From assembly GCA_963676565.1 (NCBI GenBank), contig OY781089.1, positions 1,920,001-1,984,000 of the forward strand: 64,000 bases of DNA, in the 5' to 3' direction. Each line of letters begins with the position of its first letter. Within the stretch, counting starts at the first letter, position 1. The position numbers and the translations under genes are program-made. Shown here in pieces: positions 1 to 10,845 of this stretch. The stretch comes from Halarcobacter sp. (lineage in GTDB: Bacteria > Campylobacterota > Campylobacteria > Campylobacterales > Arcobacteraceae). A model generated the notes under the pieces. The model was not told the origin of the DNA. It was given only the letters and a program-made list of their open reading frames with translations, and searched no databases.

Positions 1-1455
1 ACTCAATTTCAGATACAACAAACTATGCAATTAATGAAACAACAGGTGAAGTTACACTTACAGAAGCAGGAGCTAATTTAGTTAACTCTGGACAAGAGTT
101 ACCAGCATTTAATGTAACAGCAACAAGTGCAGGAGTAGATGGTTCAAGCCAAACAGTACAAAACTTAGATCCAGCAGTTACAACAGTAAATGATGCTATG
201 ACTGGCTTTGAGATGAATGAAGTTAATAACTTCACTGAAGATTCAACATCTGCAGGAGATACAGTAACAACAGTAAAAACTGCACCAAGTGATGAAGATG
301 GTGGAGATATCACATACTCAATTTCAGATACAACAAACTATGCAATTAATGAAACAACAGGTGAAGTTACACTTACAGAAGCAGGAGCTAATTTAGTTAA
401 CTCTGGACAAGAGTTACCAGCATTTAATGTAACAGCAACAAGTGCAGGAGTAGATGGTTCAAGCCAAACAGTACAAAACTTAGATCCAGCAGTTACAACA
501 GTAAATGATGCTATGACTGGCTTTGAGATGAATGAAGTTAATAACTTCACTGAAGATTCAACATCTGCAGGAGATACAGTAACAACAGTAAAAACTGCAC
601 CAAGTGATGAAGATGGTGGAGATATCACATACTCAATTTCAGATACAACAAACTATGCAATTAATGAAACAACAGGTGAAGTTACACTTACAGAAGCAGG
701 AGCTAATTTAGTTAACTCTGGACAAGAGTTACCAGCATTTAATGTAACAGCAACAAGTGCAGGAGTAGATGGTTCAAGCCAAACAGTACAAAACTTAGAT
801 CCAGCAGTTACAACAGTAAATGATGCTATGACTGGCTTTGAGATGAATGAAGTTAATAACTTCACTGAAGATTCAACATCTGCAGGAGATACAGTAACAA
901 CAGTAAAAACTGCACCAAGTGATGAAGATGGTGGAGATATCACATACTCAATTTCAGATACAACAAACTATGCAATTAATGAAACAACAGGTGAAGTTAC
1001 ACTTACAGAAGCAGGAGCTAATTTAGTTAACTCTGGACAAGAGTTACCAGCATTTAATGTAACAGCAACAAGTGCAGGAGTAGATGGTTCAAGCCAAACA
1101 GTACAAAACTTAGATCCAGCAGTTACAACAGTAAATGATGCTATGACTGGATTTGAGATGAATGAAGTTAATAACTTCACTGAAGATTCAACATCTGCAG
1201 GAGATACAGTAACAACAGTAAAAACTGCACCAAGTGATGAAGATGGTGGAGATATCACATACTCAATTTCAGATACAACAAACTATGCAATTAATGAAAC
1301 AACAGGTGAAGTTACACTTACAGAAGCAGGAGCTAATTTAGTTAACTCTGGACAAGAGTTACCAGCATTTAATGTAACAGCAACAAGTGCAGGAGTAGAT
1401 GGTTCAAGCCAAACAGTACAAAACTTAGATCCAGCAGTTACAACAGTAAATGATG
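1..1455 (+). repeat. 315-bp tandem repeat, about 4.6 visible copies, essentially identical
   Basis: actcaatttcagatacaaca recurs at 1, 316, 631, 946 and 1261. The only difference I noticed is c>a at 1151. Confidence 0.95.
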
Positions 1456-4400
1456 AAACAGTAGTGGTAGAAGATAATGTAACTACAAGTGAAGATATTG
1501 CAATAAATATTGATGTTTTAGTAAATGATACAGATGAAGAAGGTAATATATCACCAGTTGTTTCAGTTACACAAGGTTCAAATGGAACTGTAACAATTAA
1601 TGAAGATGGAACAGTAAAATATACACCAAATGAAGACTTCAATGGAACAGATAGCTTTACATATACAAACGAAGAGGGAAACACAGAAACTGTAAATGTA
1701 ATAGTAGATCCAACAAATGATAATCCTATAGCCGTAGATGATGGTAATATCTCATCAGTTACGTACACAGTAAATGTAGACAATGTTCTAAATACAGATG
1801 CTTTTACCGTAAAAGCTTATAATAGTGAAGGAGTTGAAGGAGAATTAGCATTAAGAAAAGATTCAAGTCCTGAAGGTTTTGGTGTAGCTGGTGATGATGT
1901 TTCTAATGGAGCTTCTTCTGAAATTGGTGGTGAAGAGTATATTGCAATAGAATTCAAAGATGATATTCAAAGTGTTGATGTTTCTTTTGCTTGGATGGCA
2001 TCATCAGAAAATGCAGAAATTGGCTTTTATAAAGATGGTGTACTTATAGACACTCAGTACAAAATGGGTGGTACAGATAGAGTTGATGGACCTTATAATT
2101 ATGAAACTTCAGATGGACAAGCATTTGATGAAATTCGATTTGCCGGGTATGGAACAAATTCTGATTTCCTATTACATGAAATAACTGTAAATACAGTGGA
2201 TTCAACATTTGAAACAAATGAAGACACAGCAATTACTATTGATGTATTAGATAATGATACTGATGTAGAGGGAGATGAACTATCAATTATCCAAATCCAA
2301 GGGCAAGATGTAAGTACTGGTCAAACAGTTAATATCTCTGAAAATGGTGAAGTTATTGGTACAGCAAAAGTTGTTAATGGACAAATTGAGTTTACTCCTG
2401 GGGAAAATTTACAAAACCTTAGTGATGGTGAAAATCAAAATGTGACTTTTGATTATACTGTTAGTGATGGTAGTTTAACTGATACTGCAAATGTAACAGT
2501 TAATGTTACAGGAATAACAGATAACTTTGTTCCAACAAGCGAAGATGAATCTCAGTCAATCAAGTTTGAAAGTTTAAATGAAATTGATACAACATCAACT
2601 AATCTTATAATTACTCTAGATACTTCAGGTTCAATGTCTATGGAAGATTATGGAGGGGTTGTTACATTAGATGATGGATCAACTACAACAAGATTTGAAA
2701 TTGCAAAAAATTCATTAATTGATACAATAGAAGCATATAAAGAACAAGGTTCAATTGATGTAAACTTAACATTATTTGGAAGTTCAGGAGCAAACATTGG
2801 ATGGATGAGTTCAGATGAAGCAATCACCTATTTAGAAAGTCTATCAATGGATCAAAATGGAGACTTATTAAAAGATGGAAATGATTATAATGTTTCGGGA
2901 AATGGTACTGATTATTATGAAGCAATTACTGCAACAGATAATATTGATTTTAGTGGTCATCCTGCAGATAAGAATGTGGGTATATTTATATCTGATGGTG
3001 ATCCAACAGAAAATTGGTGGATGGTAAATAGTGAATATGATTCAGCAATTCAAAACTGGAAATCTTTTATTGATAATAATAATATTGATTTAAGTGTTTA
3101 TGGAATAGGTGAAAATGTAAGTTCTTCTTACCTAGACATTATTCAAGTTACTGATGGTAAAGTTGCCTCAATTATTACAAATGAAGCAGATATGTCAGAT
3201 ACATTAGTTGCTGAAGCAATTTCTAAAAGTGTAAGTGGGAATATTTTAGATAATGTTAGTGGTGGAGATGGAGATATATCAATCGTAAAAATAACTATTG
3301 ATGGCGTTGATTACACTGCAAGTGATATGCCTATAACAACACCTGATGGTGCAACATTAAATGTTGACTTCTCAAGTGGTAACTATACATATTCTGCTAA
3401 GGCAAATTTATTTACTGAAGATACTACAGAAACATTTATCGTTACAGCTTCAGATGAAGATGGTGATGAAACAAACTTTAATGTACATATAAATATAGAT
3501 GCTGCAGACTCACAAAATTATATTCAAAGTGACTATGATTACTGGGCTGATAATGAAAATATAGATGGAACAGTAAACAGTGATTATATTAATATTGGAA
3601 CGGGAAATAATAAAACTATTAATGCTGGTGATGGAGATGATATAATTGATACACCAATACAAGTCGGAAATAATTTAGGTACAGGTCATATTATTGATGG
3701 AGGAGAAGGAAACGATAAGTTAATTATTGATGATGTATTAGATAGTGGTTCTTATAAATATGAAATTACAGCTAATGGAGACGGAACATTTGATATTGAA
3801 AAAATTGGATACAATGATTATAGTCAATGGTCTTTAAATCATTATGCCGTTACAGTTGATAGTATAGAAGCAATAGAGTTTACTGACAAAACTTTTGTAT
3901 TAAATGATTCTGGTGATGCTTTTGTTGAAAGTACAGACAGTAGTGCCGATGACTTACTAGTAGCAACTTTAGTTGATGGTATCGTAGAAGGTGCTTATTA
4001 TGAAACTTCTTCAGGAGTAACAGGATACACAGATGAAAATGGTAACTTTAACTTTAGAGAAGGGGATTCTGTAACATTTAGTGTTGGTGGAGTAGTTTTA
4101 GGTACTGCAACAGCAGAAGATATCGCTTCAGGTCAAACTTTCTTACAAGATATAGCTGATGTAGATAGAACAGATTTAAATGATGAGTACCTAGAAAACA
4201 TGGCAGTATTCCTACAATCTATTGACACAGCAGATAGTGGTGATGATATTGTTATTACACAAGCTATGAGAGATGCCCTTGCTGACGTGACAATAGACCT
4301 TACAACTGCAACAGAAGAGGAAATTAAATCTTTAATTGAATCAATTGGTGGAAACTATGTAGGTGAAGATGCAGCAATGGTTCACGTTCAAGAGATGCTT

Positions 4401-5027
4401 CAAGAGTATGCAGGTATAGATGAATCTGAGTTTGATGAAAGAATATCTGATGATACATTAACTGCAACATTAGGAAAAGAACCACAAGCAGGAATTGAGT
4501 TTACAACTTCTTCAGGAGTTTCAGGAACTACAAATGATGATGGAAGTTTCTTCTATAATGAAGGAGATGAAATCACATTTACAAAAGATGGAGAAGTATT
4601 ATCAACAATAGATTCAAATGCCATTGGTGATGATTCATTAATTACATTTAATGAACTAGAAAGTTTAAATCAAACAGAAATAGACTTTGACAATCTTGAA
4701 CTTGATTTTGATAATTTAAATGAGATTACAGATAGTGATGATACTACAGTTTACGAAAAAGATGAGTCTTTAGAAGATAAAGAAATCGCTATGGAAGATA
4801 TGCTTACAAGTGAAGACTCTGATTCTTCTTTATCAACTTTACTAGGTGAAACAGAAGAGGATAGAAATATCACTTCGCTAGATGAACTTAAAACCGAAGA
4901 AACAACTACTCAAGATGATGGAAATGATGAATATTGCCCATTTAAAGCTTTAGAAGAAAGTTCTGGAAATCTTATTTCAAATATTGAAGCTGATGACACA
5001 ACAGATATAGATGATCATAATTCATAA
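1..5027 (+). CDS. Giant repetitive surface adhesin (cadherin/Ig-like repeats, vWA domain, RTX-like Ca-binding motifs), 5'-truncated by the window edge
   Basis: Reading frame open from the window start (ORF track begins at an internal Met, 198). 105-aa tandem repeats, tandem-95/VCBS-like segments, vWA MIDAS motif DTSGSMS, glycine/aspartate motifs GDGDDII and GGEGNDKL, very acidic composition. Confidence 0.85.
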   Translation, partial: SISDTTNYAINETTGEVTLTEAGANLVNSGQELPAFNVTATSAGVDGSSQTVQNLDPAVTTVNDAMTGFEMNEVNNFTEDSTSAGDTVTTVKTAPSDEDGGDITYSISDTTNYAINETTGEVTLTEAGANLVNSGQELPAFNVTATSAGVDGSSQTVQNLDPAVTTVNDAMTGFEMNEVNNFTEDSTSAGDTVTTVKTAPSDEDGGDITYSISDTTNYAINETTGEVTLTEAGANLVNSGQELPAFNVTATSAGVDGSSQTVQNLDPAVTTVNDAMTGFEMNEVNNFTEDSTSAGDTVTTVKTAPSDEDGGDITYSISDTTNYAINETTGEVTLTEAGANLVNSGQELPAFNVTATSAGVDGSSQTVQNLDPAVTTVNDAMTGFEMNEVNNFTEDSTSAGDTVTTVKTAPSDEDGGDITYSISDTTNYAINETTGEVTLTEAGANLVNSGQELPAFNVTATSAGVDGSSQTVQNLDPAVTTVNDETVVVEDNVTTSEDIAINIDVLVNDTDEEGNISPVVSVTQGSNGTVTINEDGTVKYTPNEDFNGTDSFTYTNEEGNTETVNVIVDPTNDNPIAVDDGNISSVTYTVNVDNVLNTDAFTVKAYNSEGVEGELALRKDSSPEGFGVAGDDVSNGASSEIGGEEYIAIEFKDDIQSVDVSFAWMASSENAEIGFYKDGVLIDTQYKMGGTDRVDGPYNYETSDGQAFDEIRFAGYGTNSDFLLHEITVNTVDSTFETNEDTAITIDVLDNDTDVEGDELSIIQIQGQDVSTGQTVNISENGEVIGTAKVVNGQIEFTPGENLQNLSDGENQNVTFDYTVSDGSLTDTANVTVNVTGITDNFVPTSEDESQSIKFESLNEIDTTSTNLIITLDTSGSMSMEDYGGVVTLDDGSTTTRFEIAKNSLIDTIEAYKEQGSIDVNLTLFGSSGANIGWMSSDEAITYLESLSMDQNGDLLKDGNDYNVSGNGTDYYEAITATDNIDFSGHPADKNVGIFISDGDPTENWWMVNSEYDSAIQNWKSFIDNNNIDLSVYGIGENVSSSYLDIIQVTDGKVASIITNEADMSDTLVAEAISKSVSGNILDNVSGGDGDISIVKITIDGVDYTASDMPITTPDGATLNVDFSSGNYTYSAKANLFTEDTTETFIVTASDEDGDETNFNVHINIDAADSQNYIQSDYDYWADNENIDGTVNSDYINIGTGNNKTINAGDGDDIIDTPIQVGNNLGTGHIIDGGEGNDKLIIDDVLDSGSYKYEITANGDGTFDIEKIGYNDYSQWSLNHYAVTVDSIEAIEFTDKTFVLNDSGDAFVESTDSSADDLLVATLVDGIVEGAYYETSSGVTGYTDENGNFNFREGDSVTFSVGGVVLGTATAEDIASGQTFLQDIADVDRTDLNDEYLENMAVFLQSIDTADSGDDIVITQAMRDALADVTIDLTTATEEEIKSLIESIGGNYVGEDAAMVHVQEMLQEYAGIDESEFDERISDDTLTATLGKEPQAGIEFTTSSGVSGTTNDDGSFFYNEGDEITFTKDGEVLSTIDSNAIGDDSLITFNELESLNQTEIDFDNLELDFDNLNEITDSDDTTVYEKDESLEDKEIAMEDMLTSEDSDSSLSTLLGETEEDRNITSLDELKTEETTTQDDGNDEYCPFKALEESSGNLISNIEADDTTDIDDHNS

Positions 5028-5028
5028 A

Positions 5029-5056
5029 AAGAAACCCTAAAAGAATAGGGTTTCTT
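5029..5056 (+). terminator. Hairpin, probable terminator after the adhesin
   Basis: AAGAAACCCTA-aaagaa-TAGGGTTTCTT inverted repeat directly after the stop codon. Confidence 0.65.
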
Positions 5057-5100
5057 AAGAAAAAATGAATAAATATTTATATATACTTTCATTTCTTTAT

Positions 5101-5176
5101 GACCCTGTCGTCTAGTGGCCAAGGACATTTGGATTTCCTCCAAAGAACGTAGGTTCAAATCCTACTGGGGTCGCCA
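5101..5176 (+). tRNA. tRNA-Glu (anticodon TTC at 5135-5137), atypical anticodon loop
   Basis: Cloverleaf: acceptor GACCCTG/TGGGGTC, D-arm GTCT/GGAC, anticodon stem TTTGG/CCAAA with loop ATTTCCT, T-arm GTAGG-TTCAAAT-CCTAC, discriminator G, encoded CCA. Confidence 0.85.
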
Positions 5177-5357
5177 TTCTTTTTTTATACTCTTAGATTT
5201 GTATTTATCTTTAAATTAGCTTCTCAAATTTTCATATATTTTCAATTAATTTTTTTTTAGAATTTAAAATCTGATATTAGAAAACAAGTAAATAAATCCT
5301 ATAATTTTTAATAATATTAATTATATAATTAAAGCAAATTAAATAAATAGGGCTGTT

Positions 5358-6569
5358 TTGAAATTATTACACACTTCCGATTGGCATCTTGGTCAGAATT
5401 TTATGGGTAAAAGTAGGGTGGAGGAGCATGAAGCTTTTTTATCTTGGCTTTTAGAAACAATAAAAGAAAATAATATAGACGTATTACTTGTATCAGGAGA
5501 TATCTTTGATACAGGAACACCACCAAACTATGCACTTGAACTTTACTACAACTTTTTAAAACAATTATCACAAGTGAATAGTTTAAATACCACAATTATA
5601 ACAGCTGGAAATCACGACTCTGTATCAACACTAAAAGCACCAAAGCAACTACTTGAAGCACTAAATGTACATGTAGTAGTAAATGGTGATGAAGATGAAA
5701 ACATAATCATCCCTATAAAAGAGCCTCTTATAGAAAATGCTACTACTAAAGCAATAATTTGTGCAGTGCCATTTTTAAGAGATAGCGTCATAAGACAATC
5801 ACTTGGTGGGGAAACAGTAAGTGATAAAGAAAAACTTGCAAACAATGGTATCAAAGCTTACTATAAAAAAGCCTACAACAAAGCAAAAGAATTAGACTCA
5901 AATACACCTATCATAGCTATGGGACACTTGACTACAGTTGGTAGTAGAAGTAGTGAGAGTGAAAGAGATATTTATATAGGTGGAACACTTGATATTGGTG
6001 GGGATTATTTAGCTAGTATGTTTGACTATGTAGCTTTGGGACACTTGCATATCAATCAAACAGTTGGCTCTGTAAAAGGTACACATGTAAGATACTCAGG
6101 CTCTCCAATACCTCTTAGTTTTTCTGAATCTAAAAACACTCAAAAAGTAAATCTAGTAACTATAGAAGAAGATGTAAAAATAGAAGAATTAGAAATCCCT
6201 TTAAAAAGAAAGCTTCAAGTTATCAAAGGTGATTTAGAGACTATCAAAAAAGAGCTAAAAGCTATCGAAGATAAAACAACATGGATAGAAGTTCATATAA
6301 AAGATGACAACCCAATGTTTGCAAATACAGAAATAAGAGAACTAGCCACAAAAATAGAGCTAACAATCCTAGCAGTTAAAATAGAAAAAAGTGAAAAGCA
6401 ATTAAGAGCAAAAGAGTTAAAAGCTATAAGCCTAGATGAACTAAGTGTTCAAGAGGTTTTTGAGAAAAGATTAGAGTTAGAAGAGATAGAAAACAAAGAG
6501 TTTAAAGAGCAGTTATCTCAAACTTTTAATGAAGTGGTCTCAAATCTTCATCAAGAGGAACAAATCTAA
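5358..6569 (+). CDS. sbcD: Exonuclease SbcCD subunit D (Mre11 family)
   Basis: Metallophosphoesterase motifs HTSDWHLG, GDIFD, GNHD, LGHLH and YSGSP. TTG start. Confidence 0.95.
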   Translation: MKLLHTSDWHLGQNFMGKSRVEEHEAFLSWLLETIKENNIDVLLVSGDIFDTGTPPNYALELYYNFLKQLSQVNSLNTTIITAGNHDSVSTLKAPKQLLEALNVHVVVNGDEDENIIIPIKEPLIENATTKAIICAVPFLRDSVIRQSLGGETVSDKEKLANNGIKAYYKKAYNKAKELDSNTPIIAMGHLTTVGSRSSESERDIYIGGTLDIGGDYLASMFDYVALGHLHINQTVGSVKGTHVRYSGSPIPLSFSESKNTQKVNLVTIEEDVKIEELEIPLKRKLQVIKGDLETIKKELKAIEDKTTWIEVHIKDDNPMFANTEIRELATKIELTILAVKIEKSEKQLRAKELKAISLDELSVQEVFEKRLELEEIENKEFKEQLSQTFNEVVSNLHQEEQI

Positions 6570-9500
6570 TGAAGATATTAAAAGTAAGACTACAAAATAT
6601 AAACTCCCTAAAAGGTGAGTTTGAAATAGATTTTCAAGAGTTTTTAAAAGATGAATCTCTTTTTGCCATAACAGGACCAACAGGAGCAGGGAAAAGTACA
6701 ATTCTTGATGTAATCACTTGTGCTTTATATGGAAGAACAGCAAGATTAACAAACCCAAATGACCTGATGAGTAGACACACAGGTGAGTGTTTATGTGAAG
6801 TGGAGTTTGAGATAAAAGGCAAAATATATAGAAGTTCTTGGGCTCAAAAAAGAGCCAGAAAAAATCCAAATGGAAACTTCCAATCTGCAAAGATGGAAAT
6901 AGTAGAACTTGACTCTAACAAAATACTAGAATCATACCTTTCAAAAGTACCAAAGGTAGTAGAGGAAATCTCAGGACTTGATTTTGATAGATTTGTTCAA
7001 TCTATGATGTTAGCCCAAGGAAGTTTTGATGCCTTTTTAAAAGCCAAAGAAAACGAGCGTTCAAACCTATTAGAAAAAATCACAGGAACATATATCTACA
7101 AACAGATCTCACAAAGTATCTATGAAACATACTCACACAAGAAAAAAGAGATAGAAGCCGATGAGATTGCACTAGGAAGTATAGAACTACTAGAGCCAAA
7201 CATAGTGGAAGAAAAAACAAAACAACTAGAAACAAACAAAAAAGAAAAACAAGAATTAGATAAAAAAGAGAGCGAACTTAAAAAACTATCAAACTACTTA
7301 GAAACCCTAACTAAACTAGAACTAGATAGCCAAAAATACAACCAAGAGTTTGAGCAAATAAGCAAAAAAAAAGAAGACAATAAAGAGCAGTTTATAAAAC
7401 TAGAACTAGCAAATAAAGCCATAAGAATACAAGCCCTAAACCAAGAGAAAAACCAACTAACAAACACAATCACAAATGATAAACAGAGCTTAGAATCTTT
7501 GCAAAAAGAAGACAAAGAGTTAAAAGAACAAATCCAAACAAAAGAACAAGAGTTTAAACTTGCTAAACAAAGCCTTGAAAAAGAGCAAACAACATACAAT
7601 GAAAACTATAAAAAACTAAAAGAGTTAAGAACTATAAAAACACAAAGTGATGGTAAAAACCAGCTTTTCATAGAAAAAAGCAAAAAAATCTCACAACACC
7701 TACAAGAGTTGGCAAACCATTTTGAGATAGCTTTTGAAACACTTTTAAATGATGAATCACAAATAGACAATCTATACAAAAACTTCTCATCAAATCTAGA
7801 CACAAAAAAAGAGCAGTTAGAAACTTTAGTAGAACAATACAAAGCACTAGAAACCAAAACAAAAGATATAAACCAAAAAGAGCAAAACACAAGAGCCAAA
7901 CTAAAAGAGATAGAAGCCCTTCTAAAAGCCCTAAGTGATTATGAAACACTACAAGAGCAAATCACACAAGAGCAAAACAAGATAAAAGAGTACAACTCTC
8001 AAATAGAATCACAAACAAAACTAAACCAAGAAAAAACAAAACTAATAAACCAAATAAACGAAACTCTAACTTCACTAAAACAAACAAGAGAAAAAGAGCT
8101 TCTTATCAAAAACTACGAGCAAGATAGAGCCAAACTAAAAGATGGGCAAGAGTGTTTTTTATGTGGCTCAAAAGAGCATCCATATATAAACCACTCTTTA
8201 AATATTGACTTAGACAAAACAACAGCTAAAATAAAAGAGCAAGAAAACTACCTACAAGAGCAAAACAGTGAACTAAACAAAGCTCAAATAAACCTAGCAA
8301 AACTTAGCTCAAAACTTGAAAGCTCAAACCTAGAAATACAAAAGCAACAAAGTACAAAAGAGCAAATGGAAGAGTTCTTTAAAACAAATGATTTCAAAGT
8401 ACGAGAAGACTCAAAAGCCACACTACAAGAGCAAATGCAATTTTGCGAAAACGAGTTAAAAGAGTATGTAACTTTAAGAGAACAAAAAGAGTCTTTACAA
8501 GCAAAAAAAGAGTCTCTACAAGCATCTTTAAATAAAAAGTTGCAAAAACAACAGCAGATAAACACAAGCATAAACACTATAAAAGAGTTAAAAGAGGAAC
8601 AATCAAAAATAAAACAAGAGATAACAAAGCTTCAAACCCAAAGCAAAAATATCTTAGATATAGAAGATTTAGACCTTTTTGAGAAAACTATCCAAGATAG
8701 TTTAGATACTGTTTCAAAACAATATAACAGTTTGCAAAACCATCTTTCAAGCTTAAAATCAAAAGATGAATCCCTATCAAAACAGATAATTCAACTAAAC
8801 AAAAAACAAGAAGATGACAAACAAAACCTAGAACTCATAAAAGAGAAGTTTGAAAAAGCTTTAGTAGAGTATGGCTTCAACTCACAAGAGGAATTTGAAA
8901 AAGCAAATTTACCAAAAGAAGAGTTTGAAACCCTAACAAACCTATGCAAAACCATAGAAGAGAAATACACACAAATACAAACTCTAAAAATAGACACAAA
9001 CAAAAAACTAAAGGAACACAAACTCTTAGAAAAAGAGATAAACCCTACAAATCAAAATAAAGATGATATAAACAAAGAGTTACAAAACCTACAAATCACA
9101 ATAGACCAACTACAAGAAACCATAGGAAGTATCTCAAAAGAGTTAGAGATAAATACTCAAAATATAAAAAAATCAGAAGATAAAATCAAACAACTAGAAA
9201 AGAAAAAACAAGCCTTCCAAGTATGGGTTAAACTAAACGATATGATAGGCTCAAGCCAAGGGGACAAGTTCGCAAAATTTGCCCAAGGTATAACCCTAGA
9301 CCAACTAATCTACCTAGCAAACAAACACCTAGAGATACTAAGCCCAAGATATGAACTGCAAAGAAATACAGAATCAAACAAACTCTTAGATATAGAAATA
9401 ATCGACGGCTTCCAAGGTGACGCAGTAAGAGGTGTAAACACACTCTCAGGAGGTGAGGGCTTCATAGTAAGTCTATCTTTAGCCTTAGGATTATCAAGTC

Positions 9501-9724
9501 TAGCAAGCCAAAAGATAAGTATAGACTCACTTTTCTTAGATGAAGGGTTTGGAACACTAGATAGTGATAGTCTAGAACTAGCACTAAATGCACTAAATCA
9601 ATTACAAAGTTCAGGAAAGATGGTAGGTGTGATTTCCCATGTGGAAGCACTAAAAGAGCGAATTCCATTGCAGATAAAGGTTGAGCCTAAGGGTGATGGG
9701 ACGAGTGTGTTAGGTTTTAACTGA
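6569..9724 (+). CDS. sbcC: Exonuclease SbcCD subunit C (Rad50-like SMC ATPase)
   Basis: Walker A GPTGAGKS, long coiled coil, zinc hook CFLC, signature LSGGE, Walker B LFLDEGFG, ISH motif. Overlaps the sbcD stop. Confidence 0.95.
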   Translation: MKILKVRLQNINSLKGEFEIDFQEFLKDESLFAITGPTGAGKSTILDVITCALYGRTARLTNPNDLMSRHTGECLCEVEFEIKGKIYRSSWAQKRARKNPNGNFQSAKMEIVELDSNKILESYLSKVPKVVEEISGLDFDRFVQSMMLAQGSFDAFLKAKENERSNLLEKITGTYIYKQISQSIYETYSHKKKEIEADEIALGSIELLEPNIVEEKTKQLETNKKEKQELDKKESELKKLSNYLETLTKLELDSQKYNQEFEQISKKKEDNKEQFIKLELANKAIRIQALNQEKNQLTNTITNDKQSLESLQKEDKELKEQIQTKEQEFKLAKQSLEKEQTTYNENYKKLKELRTIKTQSDGKNQLFIEKSKKISQHLQELANHFEIAFETLLNDESQIDNLYKNFSSNLDTKKEQLETLVEQYKALETKTKDINQKEQNTRAKLKEIEALLKALSDYETLQEQITQEQNKIKEYNSQIESQTKLNQEKTKLINQINETLTSLKQTREKELLIKNYEQDRAKLKDGQECFLCGSKEHPYINHSLNIDLDKTTAKIKEQENYLQEQNSELNKAQINLAKLSSKLESSNLEIQKQQSTKEQMEEFFKTNDFKVREDSKATLQEQMQFCENELKEYVTLREQKESLQAKKESLQASLNKKLQKQQQINTSINTIKELKEEQSKIKQEITKLQTQSKNILDIEDLDLFEKTIQDSLDTVSKQYNSLQNHLSSLKSKDESLSKQIIQLNKKQEDDKQNLELIKEKFEKALVEYGFNSQEEFEKANLPKEEFETLTNLCKTIEEKYTQIQTLKIDTNKKLKEHKLLEKEINPTNQNKDDINKELQNLQITIDQLQETIGSISKELEINTQNIKKSEDKIKQLEKKKQAFQVWVKLNDMIGSSQGDKFAKFAQGITLDQLIYLANKHLEILSPRYELQRNTESNKLLDIEIIDGFQGDAVRGVNTLSGGEGFIVSLSLALGLSSLASQKISIDSLFLDEGFGTLDSDSLELALNALNQLQSSGKMVGVISHVEALKERIPLQIKVEPKGDGTSVLGFN

Positions 9725-9737
9725 AAGGAGTTTTAAT

Positions 9738-10844
9738 ATGGATATTAGTGTAAATGCAGGACCAAGAGCTATTAATGGTTTTGCTCTACAGAGGAATACT
9801 GCACTATTTTTATTATTAGATAATTTTATTGATAAATTTAAAGATAAAGAATATTTTATAAGTTTAGAACATCATGATGATTTTTTATTTTGTTTTTTTG
9901 ATTCAAAAAATGATGTTGAGTATATTGAGGCATATCAATCAAAAAAGAAATCTCCTGACGTATGGAAAATAAATGATGAATTACTTGAAATCATTAATAA
10001 GCTTTTAGAAACGGGGAATAAATTACTAGAAGATTCAATTAATAAAAGTATAAACTATAAACATTCTTTATTTTTTTCATCTAATAGTACAATATTTTTG
10101 GAAGAAAAAATAAAAAAAACTAAAACTACTTCTTCTAAATCAATTAATAAATCGATTAATGAAGAAGAAAGTGTTATATCATTTAAAGATTTAGATATAG
10201 AGTTGCAAAATAAAATAAGAAAAAAGCTAAAAGACTTTAGTTTAACAGATGAACAAGAAAAAGAATCAAACAATTTAAATTTTATTTATATTGCTTTTAC
10301 CAGAAAAGACAAAGAACAACAAAATCAATTGCATGGAAAACTTCAAGAGGTATTTAAAGAAGATATTTATGATTACAGAGCAGCTTTAGATGCACTAATG
10401 TATTTATTTAGAGAAATAGAGGCTACATACAATCAAGGACATAAAGCAAAATTACTTGATAAAACTAAAAGAGTTTCTAGTAAAACAATTAATAAAACTA
10501 TGAAAATATTAACTACTAAATCAAAAGCATTTGATTATTGGAGAAGAGAAGCAAAGAATATTTCTAAAGCATTATTAATCAAGCCTTATGAAAAAGAAGA
10601 TTTTGAAGAATATTTTAAATCTTCTTTTGAGTTATTTAAAAGTATTGAAGAAGCAGAGCATAGAAAGATTTTTAAATTTGTAGATGAAAACTATTTAGAT
10701 TGTAAATCTATTATTGAAGAAGATTGTGTCTTAGAATTGCTTGAAAAGTTTAAACAAGATAAAAATACATATTTTGAAGATATACAGTTAAAGGCAGTGA
10801 TATATGCATCATATTTTGAAGCAATAAATAAAAAGGAAAATTAG
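9738..10844 (+). CDS. Lamassu LmuA-like effector with Cap4/DUF4297 PD-(D/E)XK endonuclease domain
   Basis: N-terminal AG..A..GF..Q, EHHDD and YQSKK motifs typical of Cap4-type nucleases. Directly upstream of an SMC-like ATPase. Confidence 0.75.
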   Translation: MDISVNAGPRAINGFALQRNTALFLLLDNFIDKFKDKEYFISLEHHDDFLFCFFDSKNDVEYIEAYQSKKKSPDVWKINDELLEIINKLLETGNKLLEDSINKSINYKHSLFFSSNSTIFLEEKIKKTKTTSSKSINKSINEEESVISFKDLDIELQNKIRKKLKDFSLTDEQEKESNNLNFIYIAFTRKDKEQQNQLHGKLQEVFKEDIYDYRAALDALMYLFREIEATYNQGHKAKLLDKTKRVSSKTINKTMKILTTKSKAFDYWRREAKNISKALLIKPYEKEDFEEYFKSSFELFKSIEEAEHRKIFKFVDENYLDCKSIIEEDCVLELLEKFKQDKNTYFEDIQLKAVIYASYFEAINKKEN

Positions 10845-10845
10845 T

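Noticed and set aside
1..1455. Possible CRISPR array
   Set aside because: Repeats are 315-bp contiguous coding units without spacers, and no cas genes are present.
23..1783. Repeated 96-aa and 166-aa minus-strand ORFs
   Set aside because: Antisense shadows of the adhesin repeats, with no independent support.
5133..5139. Reading the tRNA anticodon as TCC (Gly)
   Set aside because: The 5-bp stem TTTGG/CCAAA centres TTC in a 7-nt loop, and the D-arm and short variable loop resemble tRNA-Glu.
6634..9668. Many minus-strand ORFs within sbcC
   Set aside because: Produced by the strong A-rich codon bias of the coiled coil, giving F/L/S/C-rich nonsense translations.
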